From contig CANRCX010000006.1 in assembly GCA_947629235.1 (NCBI GenBank), positions 1 through 62,188 of the forward strand: DNA of 62,188 nucleotides, given 5' to 3'. The notes below the pieces were generated by a model. That model made no database searches. It saw nothing but the letters and a program-made list of their open reading frames with translations, and had not been told where the DNA came from. Shown piece after piece: positions 28,875 to 38,313 of the stretch (positions within the stretch are counted from its first letter, which is position 1; each line of letters opens with the position of its first letter). Origin of the DNA: an uncultured Bacilli bacterium. Its GTDB lineage: Bacteria; Bacillota_I; Bacilli_A; RF39; UBA660. The position numbers and the translations under genes were made by a program.

Positions 28875-30930
28875 ACTTCTTACTCCTTTCTAATTTATAT
28901 TTATCTTTAAATAAACTAATTATCTCTTTTTTATGTGAAATATATATAATTGTTTTATCTTGATAAATATAAAATAATTTTTTAATTATCTCTTTTTCTT
29001 CATTTAAACCTACTTCACTTAAAGCTTCATCTAATATTAAATAATTACTATTATTAAGTATGCTTCTAGCAAGTAATATTTTTTGTTTTTCACCACCTGA
29101 TATATTAAATCCATCATCTTCAATAATAAAATTATTTCTTAATTTATTACTATCTCTTAAATATTTTAAATTACAAATATCAAGTACTTTTTCATATTCT
29201 ATATCACTAACACTTCTTCCATAAATAATATTATTTTTAAGAGTATCATTATTTAAATAATTATTTTGAGATAAATAAGTTATATTATTTAAAAGATTAT
29301 AATCAATATCTTTAATATTTATATTATCAAATAATATTTCTCCTTTATAATCTTCTAAATATTTTATAATTATTTTAATTAATGTACTTTTTCCACTACC
29401 ACTTCTTCCATATATTAAAAATTTACTTCCATATTTAATTGTTAAATTAACATTTTCAAATAAATAATCTATTTTATTATGAGAATAAGATAAATTATTT
29501 ATAATAATATCACTTTTTAAATTAATATTGCCTTCTTTATAAGTCTTTTCTCTCATTATTAATAAATCATATATTCTTTTATAAATATTGTTTAAATAAT
29601 TAAAATTAGGACTTAAATCCAATATATTTTTTATTGGTTCATTAAAATAATATATTATAGAATTAAATAATATAAATTCACCCATACTTAATTTATTATT
29701 ATAAATATAAATGATACTTATAAATATACATAATATGTTAGTGACATCAACTATAATATTTTTAAGTAAACTCTCATTATTAATTTTATTATCATAACTA
29801 ATAGTTTTATTAATATAATTCATAAATTTAATTTCAAGCAATTTAACTCTATCTTTTAATAAATTTAAATTCTTATTTACTTCATAACCATTAATAGTTT
29901 CATTTAAGTTTTTATTAAATTCTGAATGTGACTCTAATATATTTTCTGATTTATAAGTAAATATTCTTTTATATGATATAACTATTATAAAATATAAAAA
30001 TAATTGAATTAAGTTTAATAAAAATATTTTGTAATTTATTAGTAATAATATAATCATACTAATAAATATTAATATAGTATCCATAGAAATAGTAATAACA
30101 ATTTTAATAAATAAATCTTTAAATAATTTAACATCATTTATTCTATTAATGACTTCTCCAGTAGATTTATTTTTGAAAAATTGATAAGGAAGATTAAAAA
30201 CTTTTCTTATTATATCTATATTAAATTTAGAATATACATTATTTTGTACTTCAATTAACAATTTGTTTTTAATATATAGTAATGTACTTTTAAATAATGA
30301 ATTTAATAAGAATATAATAGTTATAAAACAAAATAAATAATAATTAAAGTTGGGAATGATTTTATCAATTGAAATAGAAATATAAAAGTTACTAAATATA
30401 TAAAGTATTGTAATTATTATAGATAAAATTATTATTTTTATAGTAGTATTTTTTTCTAATTTTATATAGTCAAACATAAATTCAAATAGTTTTTTATGAT
30501 TATTTATTTCTTTAAATTCTTTTATAGGGAATATAACTATAGATGTATTTAAATAAATTTTCTTAAAATCATTAAAACTAATTTTATATATATTTGAAGA
30601 GGGATCCATTAATTCTAAATATTTTTTTCTTACTTTATATACCACTACAAAATGATAATTATTATTTTTAACAACATGACATATTATAGGAAAAGTTACT
30701 TTATTACTAATTATATCTTCATAACAATAATGTATACCATATCCATCAAATCCAAATAGTTTTGATGCATTTATTATATTATATGCGTTAGTTCCTTTAC
30801 TATCTGTTTTTAAAATATATGATAGTTCATCTTGTGATACTTCACAATTATAGTATTTCATAATTGATAGTAAGCATGCACTTCCACAATCTTTTAAACT
30901 ATTTTGTTTAACTATTACTTTTTTATTCAT
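28867..30930 (-). CDS. peptidase-containing ABC transporter (C39 + TMD + NBD)
   Basis: QNSLKDCGSACL, HFVVV, DP; GRSGSGKST, ISGGEKQ, LILDEA. Confidence 0.93.
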   Translation of the reverse strand: MNKKVIVKQNSLKDCGSACLLSIMKYYNCEVSQDELSYILKTDSKGTNAYNIINASKLFGFDGYGIHYCYEDIISNKVTFPIICHVVKNNNYHFVVVYKVRKKYLELMDPSSNIYKISFNDFKKIYLNTSIVIFPIKEFKEINNHKKLFEFMFDYIKLEKNTTIKIIILSIIITILYIFSNFYISISIDKIIPNFNYYLFCFITIIFLLNSLFKSTLLYIKNKLLIEVQNNVYSKFNIDIIRKVFNLPYQFFKNKSTGEVINRINDVKLFKDLFIKIVITISMDTILIFISMIILLLINYKIFLLNLIQLFLYFIIVISYKRIFTYKSENILESHSEFNKNLNETINGYEVNKNLNLLKDRVKLLEIKFMNYINKTISYDNKINNESLLKNIIVDVTNILCIFISIIYIYNNKLSMGEFILFNSIIYYFNEPIKNILDLSPNFNYLNNIYKRIYDLLIMREKTYKEGNINLKSDIIINNLSYSHNKIDYLFENVNLTIKYGSKFLIYGRSGSGKSTLIKIIIKYLEDYKGEILFDNINIKDIDYNLLNNITYLSQNNYLNNDTLKNNIIYGRSVSDIEYEKVLDICNLKYLRDSNKLRNNFIIEDDGFNISGGEKQKILLARSILNNSNYLILDEALSEVGLNEEKEIIKKLFYIYQDKTIIYISHKKEIISLFKDKYKLERSKKYD

Positions 30931-30944
30931 TTTAATCCTCCTAT

Positions 30945-30985
30945 TATATAATTAGCCAAAAATATATCAAAACACTTCTTTTTTT
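30945..30985 (-). promoter_or_regulatory. conserved upstream motif AAAAAAAGAAGTGTTTT-N10/11-GGCTAATTATATA (copy 2)
   Basis: matches 1081-1120. Confidence 0.6.
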
Positions 30986-31085
30986 TAAAAATTTTTTAAA
31001 ATTTTTTAAGATTACTAATTACTTAAATATTTTAATTGACTTTTATTAATAATCACTTTAAAATATTTGCAATTGAGGGATTATT

Positions 31086-31826
31086 ATGGAAAATATAATA
31101 TTAACAAAAGATATTATTAAAAAATCTAAATTATTAAATAAAGTTACCCATTATGAAAGTAAAATATATTTACTAAATGATATTATTTATAAAGTATTAT
31201 TTAAAGAATATAGAACTGAAATGAGACAAGAAGCTATTAAAAGATTAAGTAGTATAGATAATCCTAATTATTTATCTGCATTATCAATATTAATGGATAC
31301 TAATAATAACTTTTGTGGATGTACTCTTCCTTATTTAAAAGATTTCATTAATTTATCTTCATATTTAAATCATTATCAAATTGATTTAGATAAAAGACAA
31401 GATTTATGTTATTCATTATGTAATAATATTGATTATTTAGAAAGTAATAGTTTACTTTTTAATGATATATATCTAGATAATATAATGGTTAATCCAAATG
31501 ATAATAATTTAAATTATAAATTAATTGATTTAGATAGTTGTTTATTAAAAGATAAAATTCTTATTAATTCTTATGATAGTATTAAAAAACATATAAATTA
31601 TGATCTAGCACAAGTTATATTTTTTATATTATTAAATTTTAATTTTAATTTTGATGATATGAATAATGATGTACTTTATAAAATATATAAAAAATCGAAT
31701 AATAAACAAAAAGAATTTTTAAATAAAGCAATTTATAGAGAAGGAAATTATGTAGATTTAAGAGATTATATAGATGAATTTAGTGAAGAATATTTAGAAG
31801 AATGTAAACTTAAATTATCAATTTAA
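31086..31826 (+). CDS. protein kinase-like fold protein
   Basis: IIYKVL (beta3 Lys), FNDIYLDNIMV catalytic loop, KLIDLDS (DFG equivalent). Confidence 0.7.
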   Translation: MENIILTKDIIKKSKLLNKVTHYESKIYLLNDIIYKVLFKEYRTEMRQEAIKRLSSIDNPNYLSALSILMDTNNNFCGCTLPYLKDFINLSSYLNHYQIDLDKRQDLCYSLCNNIDYLESNSLLFNDIYLDNIMVNPNDNNLNYKLIDLDSCLLKDKILINSYDSIKKHINYDLAQVIFFILLNFNFNFDDMNNDVLYKIYKKSNNKQKEFLNKAIYREGNYVDLRDYIDEFSEEYLEECKLKLSI

Positions 31827-31855
31827 AAAACTAAGTAATAATTTTTTACTTAGTT

Positions 31856-32419
31856 TTAATATTCTTCTTTATATGTAGAATCATATAAGTCTCCTACATT
31901 ATTCTCCTCTCTTTGTTCATACATAATTTTTGGTAAATCTTCTTTTGATGAAAGTCCAAAATAATCTAAAAAATCATTTGTTGTTTTATATAAATTTGGT
32001 TTACCTATCGCGTCAGCCTTACCACATATTTTAACAAATCCACGAGCCACTAATCTTTTAACTATTTGAGATGAATTAACACCTCTTATTTCATCTATTT
32101 GAAGTCTAGTTATTGGTTCATTATATGCAATAACTGCTAGGACTTCTAATGCTGCATTTGATAAATTAGTTGTTTTATTATCTGTAACTAATTTTTCATA
32201 AAATTCTTTATGTTCTTCTTTAGTAGTTAACTTAAATGCATTTCCAAGATATGAAATTCTAAGTCCCCTATCTGTGTTTTCATAATCTTTTTTTAATTCT
32301 AATAATAATATTTTAACTTCATCTTCACTAACACCTAGTACATTACTCATTTCTTTTATAGTAGTTCCTTCATCACCTACAATAAATAGTATACCTTCTA
32401 GTACTGCTTTCAAATTCAT
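31856..32419 (-). CDS. scpB: SMC-Scp complex subunit ScpB
   Basis: LSNAALEVLAVIAYNEPITR, IRGVNS, FLDYFGL. Confidence 0.97.
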   Translation of the reverse strand: MNLKAVLEGILFIVGDEGTTIKEMSNVLGVSEDEVKILLLELKKDYENTDRGLRISYLGNAFKLTTKEEHKEFYEKLVTDNKTTNLSNAALEVLAVIAYNEPITRLQIDEIRGVNSSQIVKRLVARGFVKICGKADAIGKPNLYKTTNDFLDYFGLSSKEDLPKIMYEQREENNVGDLYDSTYKEEY

Positions 32420-32421
32420 CT

Positions 32422-33138
32422 TTAATCAACTCTTTCTAAATAAATATCTGAAAAATTATTATCTTGTTTTAAAGTTATTTCCTTATTTTTAGCCATCTCT
32501 AATACTGATAAAAAGGTAACTACTACATAAGGTTTACTAAAATCATCAAATAATTCTATAAAATTAACTTTTTTCTTTTCTTTTAATATCTCTCTTATTT
32601 TAACAACTCTTTCTTTAACTGACAATTCTTTTCTTGCAATTTTAGTATTTAATGGCTTATTAAAATTTTGCCTTTCTAATAATTTTTGAAAAGCATCAAG
32701 TAAATCCATAACACTAACACTTCCATCATTTTCTAATGTATCAAAAGAATAATTTTTTAATGATTCTGGTGCTTTTGTATAATAAGAGTTTCTATTTTCT
32801 TCTAATTTTCTAAATTCAGTTGTACTTTCTTTATATTTTTGATATTCAAGAAGCCTTCTCTTTAATTCTTCTTCTGGATTTTCTTCTTCAAGTTCACTTT
32901 CTTCTTCATCTTTAACAGGTAATAATTTTTTACTTTTCATTTCTATTAGCTCTGCTGCCATAACTAAATATTCACTAGCAATATCTAAATTCATTTCATT
33001 CATTTCTTCTATAAATTTTAAATATTGATTAGTTATTTCAGAAATTTCTATATCAAAAATTTCCATCTTTGACTTTTTTATAAGATGAAGCAATAAATCA
33101 AGTGGTCCTTCAAAATCCCCTATTAATAGTTTATCCAT
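32422..33138 (-). CDS. scpA: segregation/condensation protein ScpA
   Basis: FEGPLDLLLHLI, ASEYLVMAA, VVTFLSVLEM. Confidence 0.97.
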   Translation of the reverse strand: MDKLLIGDFEGPLDLLLHLIKKSKMEIFDIEISEITNQYLKFIEEMNEMNLDIASEYLVMAAELIEMKSKKLLPVKDEEESELEEENPEEELKRRLLEYQKYKESTTEFRKLEENRNSYYTKAPESLKNYSFDTLENDGSVSVMDLLDAFQKLLERQNFNKPLNTKIARKELSVKERVVKIREILKEKKKVNFIELFDDFSKPYVVVTFLSVLEMAKNKEITLKQDNNFSDIYLERVD

Positions 33139-34385
33139 TATTCACAAACCCATTTCTTCATAGTTTCTTTTTCTTTTATTGCATTAATTATAGCATCTTT
33201 ATTATATAAAGGTATAAATCCTTCAATATCATTTGAAAAATCTACTGTATATTTTAATGTATTATTTTCATAAGATACTGATGTAATTTTATCTTTAACA
33301 CTTTCGTATTCTTTATCAAGTTCAATTACATAGTTATCAGTAACATCATTATCTTTTAATTTATAATTCTTATTTACTTCATAACTTGTAAGACCATTAT
33401 TTTTAAAATTATATGTTATTTCATAGTTTATAGTAACATTATCATTACTATCATTTAATTTACATACCATTTTACTTGTAGAATTTTCTTCTTGTTCTGT
33501 ATATTCTTTAACAAGAGCATAGAATGCAGAAGTATATATATCATTAGTTAAATTTAATGAATAAGTATGTATAGTTCCAACTTCTAAAGTCTCTTGTGGA
33601 TCAAATAATTCTCTATAAATTAATTCTTTATCAGAATTATATAATTCAATATATATTTTTAAATCTGCTGCATTTTCATGTTTTTTATTTACTTCATAAT
33701 TAAATGTAACTTCAACACTATCTTCTTTAGTTCTAAAATTATAGAATTTTATTTCTTCTAAACTCATATTACTTGATTCATTTATCATAATATATCCATT
33801 AGATAAATTATCTGTATTTGTGTTATTATTATTTGAAATAGTTCCATTATTTATATAATTATTTATCATATCTAACACAGTATCAAGATTAAATGCAAAC
33901 AAAATCATTAATATAACTAAAACAAAAACAATTATATTACTTGTTTTTTTCTTAGTTGTATTTATAACAATTGCTTCATTTTCAGTTTGTGGAGTAACTG
34001 CTTGTGGAGCTACTACTTGTGGGGGTGGTGTTACAGTTTGAACTGAAGGTGTAGATTGTGTAGTAGGTGCTACTGCTGGCACTACGACTTGAGACTCAGT
34101 AGATGCAACTGTTTGAGTAACTACTGGAGATGCATTTTGATTTTGTACTTGAGTTGCAGCTTGAACTTGTGGTTGTACTTCATTTGTAGGAGTTACTGGT
34201 GTAGTTTGTGAAACTGGTGCTACACTTGGAGATGCTACTACTGTTTGAGCAGGTGCAACTTGTGGTGATTGAGTATTTACAGGTTGGGCTTGATTAACAG
34301 GTGTTGTTGGTGTTGTACCACTCAAATTTTGATTGTTACTCACGTTATTTTGATTTAAATTACTATTATTTTGATTTGTATCCAT
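33138..34385 (-). CDS. single-pass membrane protein with Q/P/T/V-rich low-complexity N-terminus
   Basis: ~140-aa low-complexity region, KKK then TM helix, globular C-terminal part. Confidence 0.75.
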   Translation of the reverse strand: MDTNQNNSNLNQNNVSNNQNLSGTTPTTPVNQAQPVNTQSPQVAPAQTVVASPSVAPVSQTTPVTPTNEVQPQVQAATQVQNQNASPVVTQTVASTESQVVVPAVAPTTQSTPSVQTVTPPPQVVAPQAVTPQTENEAIVINTTKKKTSNIIVFVLVILMILFAFNLDTVLDMINNYINNGTISNNNNTNTDNLSNGYIMINESSNMSLEEIKFYNFRTKEDSVEVTFNYEVNKKHENAADLKIYIELYNSDKELIYRELFDPQETLEVGTIHTYSLNLTNDIYTSAFYALVKEYTEQEENSTSKMVCKLNDSNDNVTINYEITYNFKNNGLTSYEVNKNYKLKDNDVTDNYVIELDKEYESVKDKITSVSYENNTLKYTVDFSNDIEGFIPLYNKDAIINAIKEKETMKKWVCE

Positions 34386-34468
34386 ACTTTATCACCCTAT
34401 TTCTTTATTCCTATAATAGATTATATCAAAAAAAAAATAAAATGTACATTACATTTTAATTCTTTTTA

Positions 34469-34819
34469 TTAATGTTTCACTTTAAAAATTAAAGATATTA
34501 TAAAAGCACAAACTATTGCAAAGCTTATTCCTGCTCCTGCATTAGTAAAAATTCCTTTAAAAAGACCTATAAATCCATATGTTTCAAACCCTTCTTGTGC
34601 TCCTGTTACTAGTAAATGTCCAAAATTAATTATTGGAACAGATGCACCAGCATGAAATTTATCAATTAATTTATCATAAATTCCAAATCCAGATAATACA
34701 CATCCTACTATTACTAATCCTGTATTTATATGTCCTGGAGTTAATTTACTTTTTTCAAGAACATATTGTGATATAGCACAAACAAATCCACAAAATATAA
34801 AAGCAAGTAAATAATTCAA
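34469..34819 (-). CDS. spoVAE: SpoVAE (SpoVAEb)
   Basis: AFIFCG, LTPGHI, AGASVPIINFGH. Confidence 0.9.
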   Translation of the reverse strand: MNYLLAFIFCGFVCAISQYVLEKSKLTPGHINTGLVIVGCVLSGFGIYDKLIDKFHAGASVPIINFGHLLVTGAQEGFETYGFIGLFKGIFTNAGAGISFAIVCAFIISLIFKVKH

Positions 34820-35790
34820 TATGACACCTCCAAACTAATAGCATGACTAATTGCTGGAATTGGTACTTTTAAATTAGTACTTATAACTGAATGCATAGAA
34901 CCAGTAGCAATTAGTAATATTTTTTTATATTTCTTTTCTTTTAAAATATAATCAAAGAAAGTTAAAGGCAAGCATGCAGGTCCACTAGCACCAGCATACA
35001 CATTTTCTTCTTTATAAAAAATACTTCCTGAATCTATTACATTCTTTAAATCATAATTTGATTTTTTCTTAAAATAAGCTTTCATTATTTTAGTTCCATA
35101 TTCACCTAAATCTCCAGTTAATATTAAATCATAATAATCAGGTTTTCTATTTGTTTCTATTAAATGTTTATATAATACTTCTGCGCATGCAGGTGCCATA
35201 GCAGATCCCATGTCATTAGCATCTTTATGATTTGTTTGAGTAACAAAACCAATAGTTGAACTTTCTACTTTAATATTTGATTTAATATTTGATAAAAGTA
35301 TGCTTATACTTCCTGTAGCTGTACAAGTATTAACTCTTTTTCTAACAGCTCCATATTCAACAGGAAATCTAAATTGTTTTTCACTTACTAGATTATGAGA
35401 TGATGTTGTTACTATTACTTTTTTATTATCGTTTTTATTTATAAATGTGCTTCCTATAATTAATCCTTCTACAAATGAAGCACAAGCTGAATATATACCA
35501 AGAGTTGGTATTTTAAATTTAGAAGATGCTAAGGTTGATGATAATATTTGATTTTGTAAATCTCCACTAATTAAAATATCTATATCATTTGGTAATAATT
35601 TTGATTTAGTAAGTAATCCTTTTATAGTAGTTTCTTGATATTTACTTTCTGCAAGTTCTATAGTTTTCTCTTGCATATAATAGTCATTAATACATTTATC
35701 AGTATTTTCTTTTACTATTGGATTATACATAGTAGATGATAAAAGTGAATATTTATTATTTATATAAACATTATTATAATGATTTGTCAT
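34816..35790 (-). CDS. spoVAD: SpoVAD
   Basis: GDLQNQ, SEKQFRFPVEYG, DMGSAMAPA, YDLILTGDLG. Confidence 0.95.
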   Translation of the reverse strand: MTNHYNNVYINNKYSLLSSTMYNPIVKENTDKCINDYYMQEKTIELAESKYQETTIKGLLTKSKLLPNDIDILISGDLQNQILSSTLASSKFKIPTLGIYSACASFVEGLIIGSTFINKNDNKKVIVTTSSHNLVSEKQFRFPVEYGAVRKRVNTCTATGSISILLSNIKSNIKVESSTIGFVTQTNHKDANDMGSAMAPACAEVLYKHLIETNRKPDYYDLILTGDLGEYGTKIMKAYFKKKSNYDLKNVIDSGSIFYKEENVYAGASGPACLPLTFFDYILKEKKYKKILLIATGSMHSVISTNLKVPIPAISHAISLEVSY

Positions 35791-36221
35791 AATACCATAC
35801 TCCTTATAAATCCAAAAATTATTCCAAATACTACTCCATATAAGATAATACTACCAGTAAGTTTAAATATAGTAGCCCCAATACCTTTAATAAATCCTTC
35901 ACTCTTAGCATCCATTGCACTACTTGTCATAGTATTAGCAAATCCAGTTGATGGCACTATTAATCCACACTTACATATACTTAAAATTTTATCAAATACA
36001 CCAAGTCCTGTAAGTATAGAACCAATTAATATAAATGTCATAAATGTAAATAAATATGCATCACTTAAAGTACAATTTAACATTTTCATAAATACTTCTG
36101 TTAGTATTTGTCCAATTAGTCCAATAAATCCACCACTTATAAAAGAAACTAACATACTTTTAGATACATCTTCTTCTACAATAGTTTTCTTTATCAGTTC
36201 ATCATATTCTTTATTATTCAT
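35787..36221 (-). CDS. spoVAC: SpoVAC
   Basis: FISGGFIGLIGQ, VPSTGFAN, KSEG, IFKLTGS. Confidence 0.92.
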   Translation of the reverse strand: MNNKEYDELIKKTIVEEDVSKSMLVSFISGGFIGLIGQILTEVFMKMLNCTLSDAYLFTFMTFILIGSILTGLGVFDKILSICKCGLIVPSTGFANTMTSSAMDAKSEGFIKGIGATIFKLTGSIILYGVVFGIIFGFIRSMVL

Positions 36222-36279
36222 GAAGTTCACCCATTTTTAGTTTTAACTAATAATATAAAAAAATGCATAAAAAAAAGAG

Positions 36280-36510
36280 TTAATTTTGTCTTTTACTTTT
36301 AACTCTTACTAATTCAAATTTATATTTTTGATCATTTTTATTTACTTCTTCAATAAAAGATTTATAACTTCTAACCCATAATTTACCATCTTCATAAAGA
36401 GCTCTATATATAACCATTTTCTCTAGTGTTTCACAGTCTAATGCAATATCTTCAACTATATAGTAGTCTCCTTTAAAATGTTTATAAATTCCATTTACTT
36501 CTACTTCCAT
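36280..36510 (-). CDS. DUF1653 family protein
   Basis: GIYKHFKG.YY, ETLE.MVIYRALY, LWVR. Confidence 0.9.
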   Translation of the reverse strand: MEVEVNGIYKHFKGDYYIVEDIALDCETLEKMVIYRALYEDGKLWVRSYKSFIEEVNKNDQKYKFELVRVKSKRQN

Positions 36511-36630
36511 AATATCACCAATTTAATTATATATAATTTAATAAATTTAATCAAATAAAACTCGACATAATATATAAATTATATTAAAATAATTTTATAT
36601 TAAAATTCTTATATGAAAGGAAACAATAAA

Positions 36631-36696
36631 ATGATTGTTTTAGTTATAATTCTTGCTATGTGGATAGCTTTATGTGATTATTCAAAGAAAAAATAG
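36631..36696 (+). CDS. 21-aa hydrophobic small peptide (not in ORF track)
   Basis: GAAAGGA RBS, then MIVLVIILAMWIALCDYSKKK*. Confidence 0.4.
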   Translation: MIVLVIILAMWIALCDYSKKK

Positions 36697-36735
36697 CATT
36701 ATATTTAGTTAAAATAAAGAAAGTAAGGTGATATA

Positions 36736-37449
36736 ATGAAAAATAAATACAATGTTTATATTGATGAATCAGGTGATGAAGGTATACGTAAAGGTTCTAA
36801 ATACTTTATATTAACAGCATTAATTGTAAATGAAAACATTGATCTAGAAACTGCTAAAAATGTAGATATTATAAAACAAAATTTAGAAATGAATATAAAA
36901 GATCAATTACATTGGAAATTATTAAAAGGTAAACCTAACAAAAATATGATAATGGATATAATTAGTGGTTTAGATATATTAATTATTAATGTTATTGTTG
37001 ATACAAAATGCATTAATATTATACCATCAGCTAACGTATATAATTATTTTAGTGGATACTTATATGAAAGAATATGTTGGTATATGAAAGAAAAAAATGG
37101 AGAGGCGAATATTAATATTAGTTCAAGAGGAAATCTCTCTAAAGAAAGCTTAAGTGAATATTTAAATAAAAATAATCATAAAAAATTTAATATTGATGTA
37201 AACTATATAAAATCTATTAAAATTATTCCGAATGGAAAGAAAAGACTTCTTCAATTGGCTGATTGTTGTTGTAGTGCTTTATTTCAAGCATTAAAATATA
37301 ATAATGAAATTCATTTTGATTACATAAAAAAAATTAAAGATAAAATTTATTGTAAAAATAATAATTATTTAAGTTATGGCTTAAAATTAGTGCCAAGTAA
37401 TAGTCAATCATCTGAATTACATTCACTAATAATTTATATAGAAAAATAA
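36736..37449 (+). CDS. DUF3800 family protein (RNase H-like fold)
   Basis: N-terminal VYIDESGD, LHW, C-terminal LLQLADCC. Confidence 0.88.
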   Translation: MKNKYNVYIDESGDEGIRKGSKYFILTALIVNENIDLETAKNVDIIKQNLEMNIKDQLHWKLLKGKPNKNMIMDIISGLDILIINVIVDTKCINIIPSANVYNYFSGYLYERICWYMKEKNGEANINISSRGNLSKESLSEYLNKNNHKKFNIDVNYIKSIKIIPNGKKRLLQLADCCCSALFQALKYNNEIHFDYIKKIKDKIYCKNNNYLSYGLKLVPSNSQSSELHSLIIYIEK

Positions 37450-37547
37450 AAAAGTGAGCTTTCCCCTGCCTGAAGGAACCCACAAGTCATGCTTGCTGGT
37501 ATAAATTACTTATACCCTTCAGCTATTCAGCGAACTACTCACTCACT
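37448..37547 (-). ncRNA. structured RNA convergent with DUF3800 (DUF3800-associated RNA candidate)
   Basis: GC-rich island with stems AGTGAG/CTCACT, CTGAAGG/CCTTCAG, GGTATAA/TTATACC, CAAG/CTTG; ends in a U-tract. Confidence 0.75.
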
Positions 37548-37553
37548 AATCAA

Positions 37554-37582
37554 ATATTATCATAAAAAATAATATTTGTCAA
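37554..37582 (-). promoter_or_regulatory. sigma-A promoter for the ncRNA
   Basis: TTGACA-17-TAATAT with TG extension; predicted +1 near 37547, the first base of the closing stem. Confidence 0.7.
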
Positions 37583-37742
37583 TTATAGTATATGTATATT
37601 ATTTAATTATATGCAATATTATTTTAGTATTGTTAAAAAGTATATTTTATTAATGTACAATTGATAGATAATTTAATATTTATATATAAGTACAAACTTT
37701 TTTTAAATTAAAAAATTCCCTTTATGGGAATAAATTACTATT

Positions 37743-37819
37743 TGGTGACCTGTATGGGGTTTGAACCCATGAATGCAAGATTGAGAATCTTGTGTGTTAA
37801 ACCACTTCACCAACAGGCC
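37743..37819 (-). tRNA. tRNA-Glu(CTC)
   Basis: GGCCTGT...ACAGGTC-ACCA acceptor; anticodon arm CAAGA-TTCTCAA-TCTTG; GGTTCAAA T-loop. Confidence 0.95.
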
Positions 37820-37876
37820 AATTAAAAAGTTCTATTTAATAATATCATAAAAATAGAACTTTAACAATAACTAATT

Positions 37877-38227
37877 TTAATTGCTGCTTTCTTTAAATTC
37901 AATTTTATCTGAAGAAACAATATTCTTTTTAAACCAATCTTGTTTTTCTTTACTATTATCTTGTAATTCAACTACTATTTTACCATTATCAGTATCAATA
38001 TAATAAGTAACAACATTATCATAATCATGATTTGCTAAATAATCTCCGATTTTAGTCGCGATATCTCCTAATTCTGTAATTTCTTCAGCACTAAGAGAAG
38101 TACCAGATTCTTCTATTTCTTCATTTTGATTGTTATTATTTGTTTTATTTTCTTCTTTATCTTTACAAGCTGTTAAAGATAAACACATTATTAATGATAA
38201 AAATAATAATAAAAATTTTTTCTTCAT
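37877..38227 (-). CDS. hypothetical lipoprotein
   Basis: MKKK, hydrophobic stretch, LTAC lipobox. Confidence 0.8.
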   Translation of the reverse strand: MKKKFLLLFLSLIMCLSLTACKDKEENKTNNNNQNEEIEESGTSLSAEEITELGDIATKIGDYLANHDYDNVVTYYIDTDNGKIVVELQDNSKEKQDWFKKNIVSSDKIEFKESSN

Positions 38228-38313
38228 TTTTTATTCACCTCTACTATTATTAGTTTACTAAAATATGAATTAAAAATCTATAATATTTTGAATATTTCAC
38301 ATAATTAATACAT

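Noticed and set aside
37713..37731. TTCCC-TTTAT-GGGAA resembling positions 1-20, as a possible att site
   Set aside because: Short hairpins best explained as similar intrinsic terminators.
36511..37819. Prophage or integrative element at tRNA-Glu
   Set aside because: No integrase and no duplicated tRNA 3' end seen in the window.
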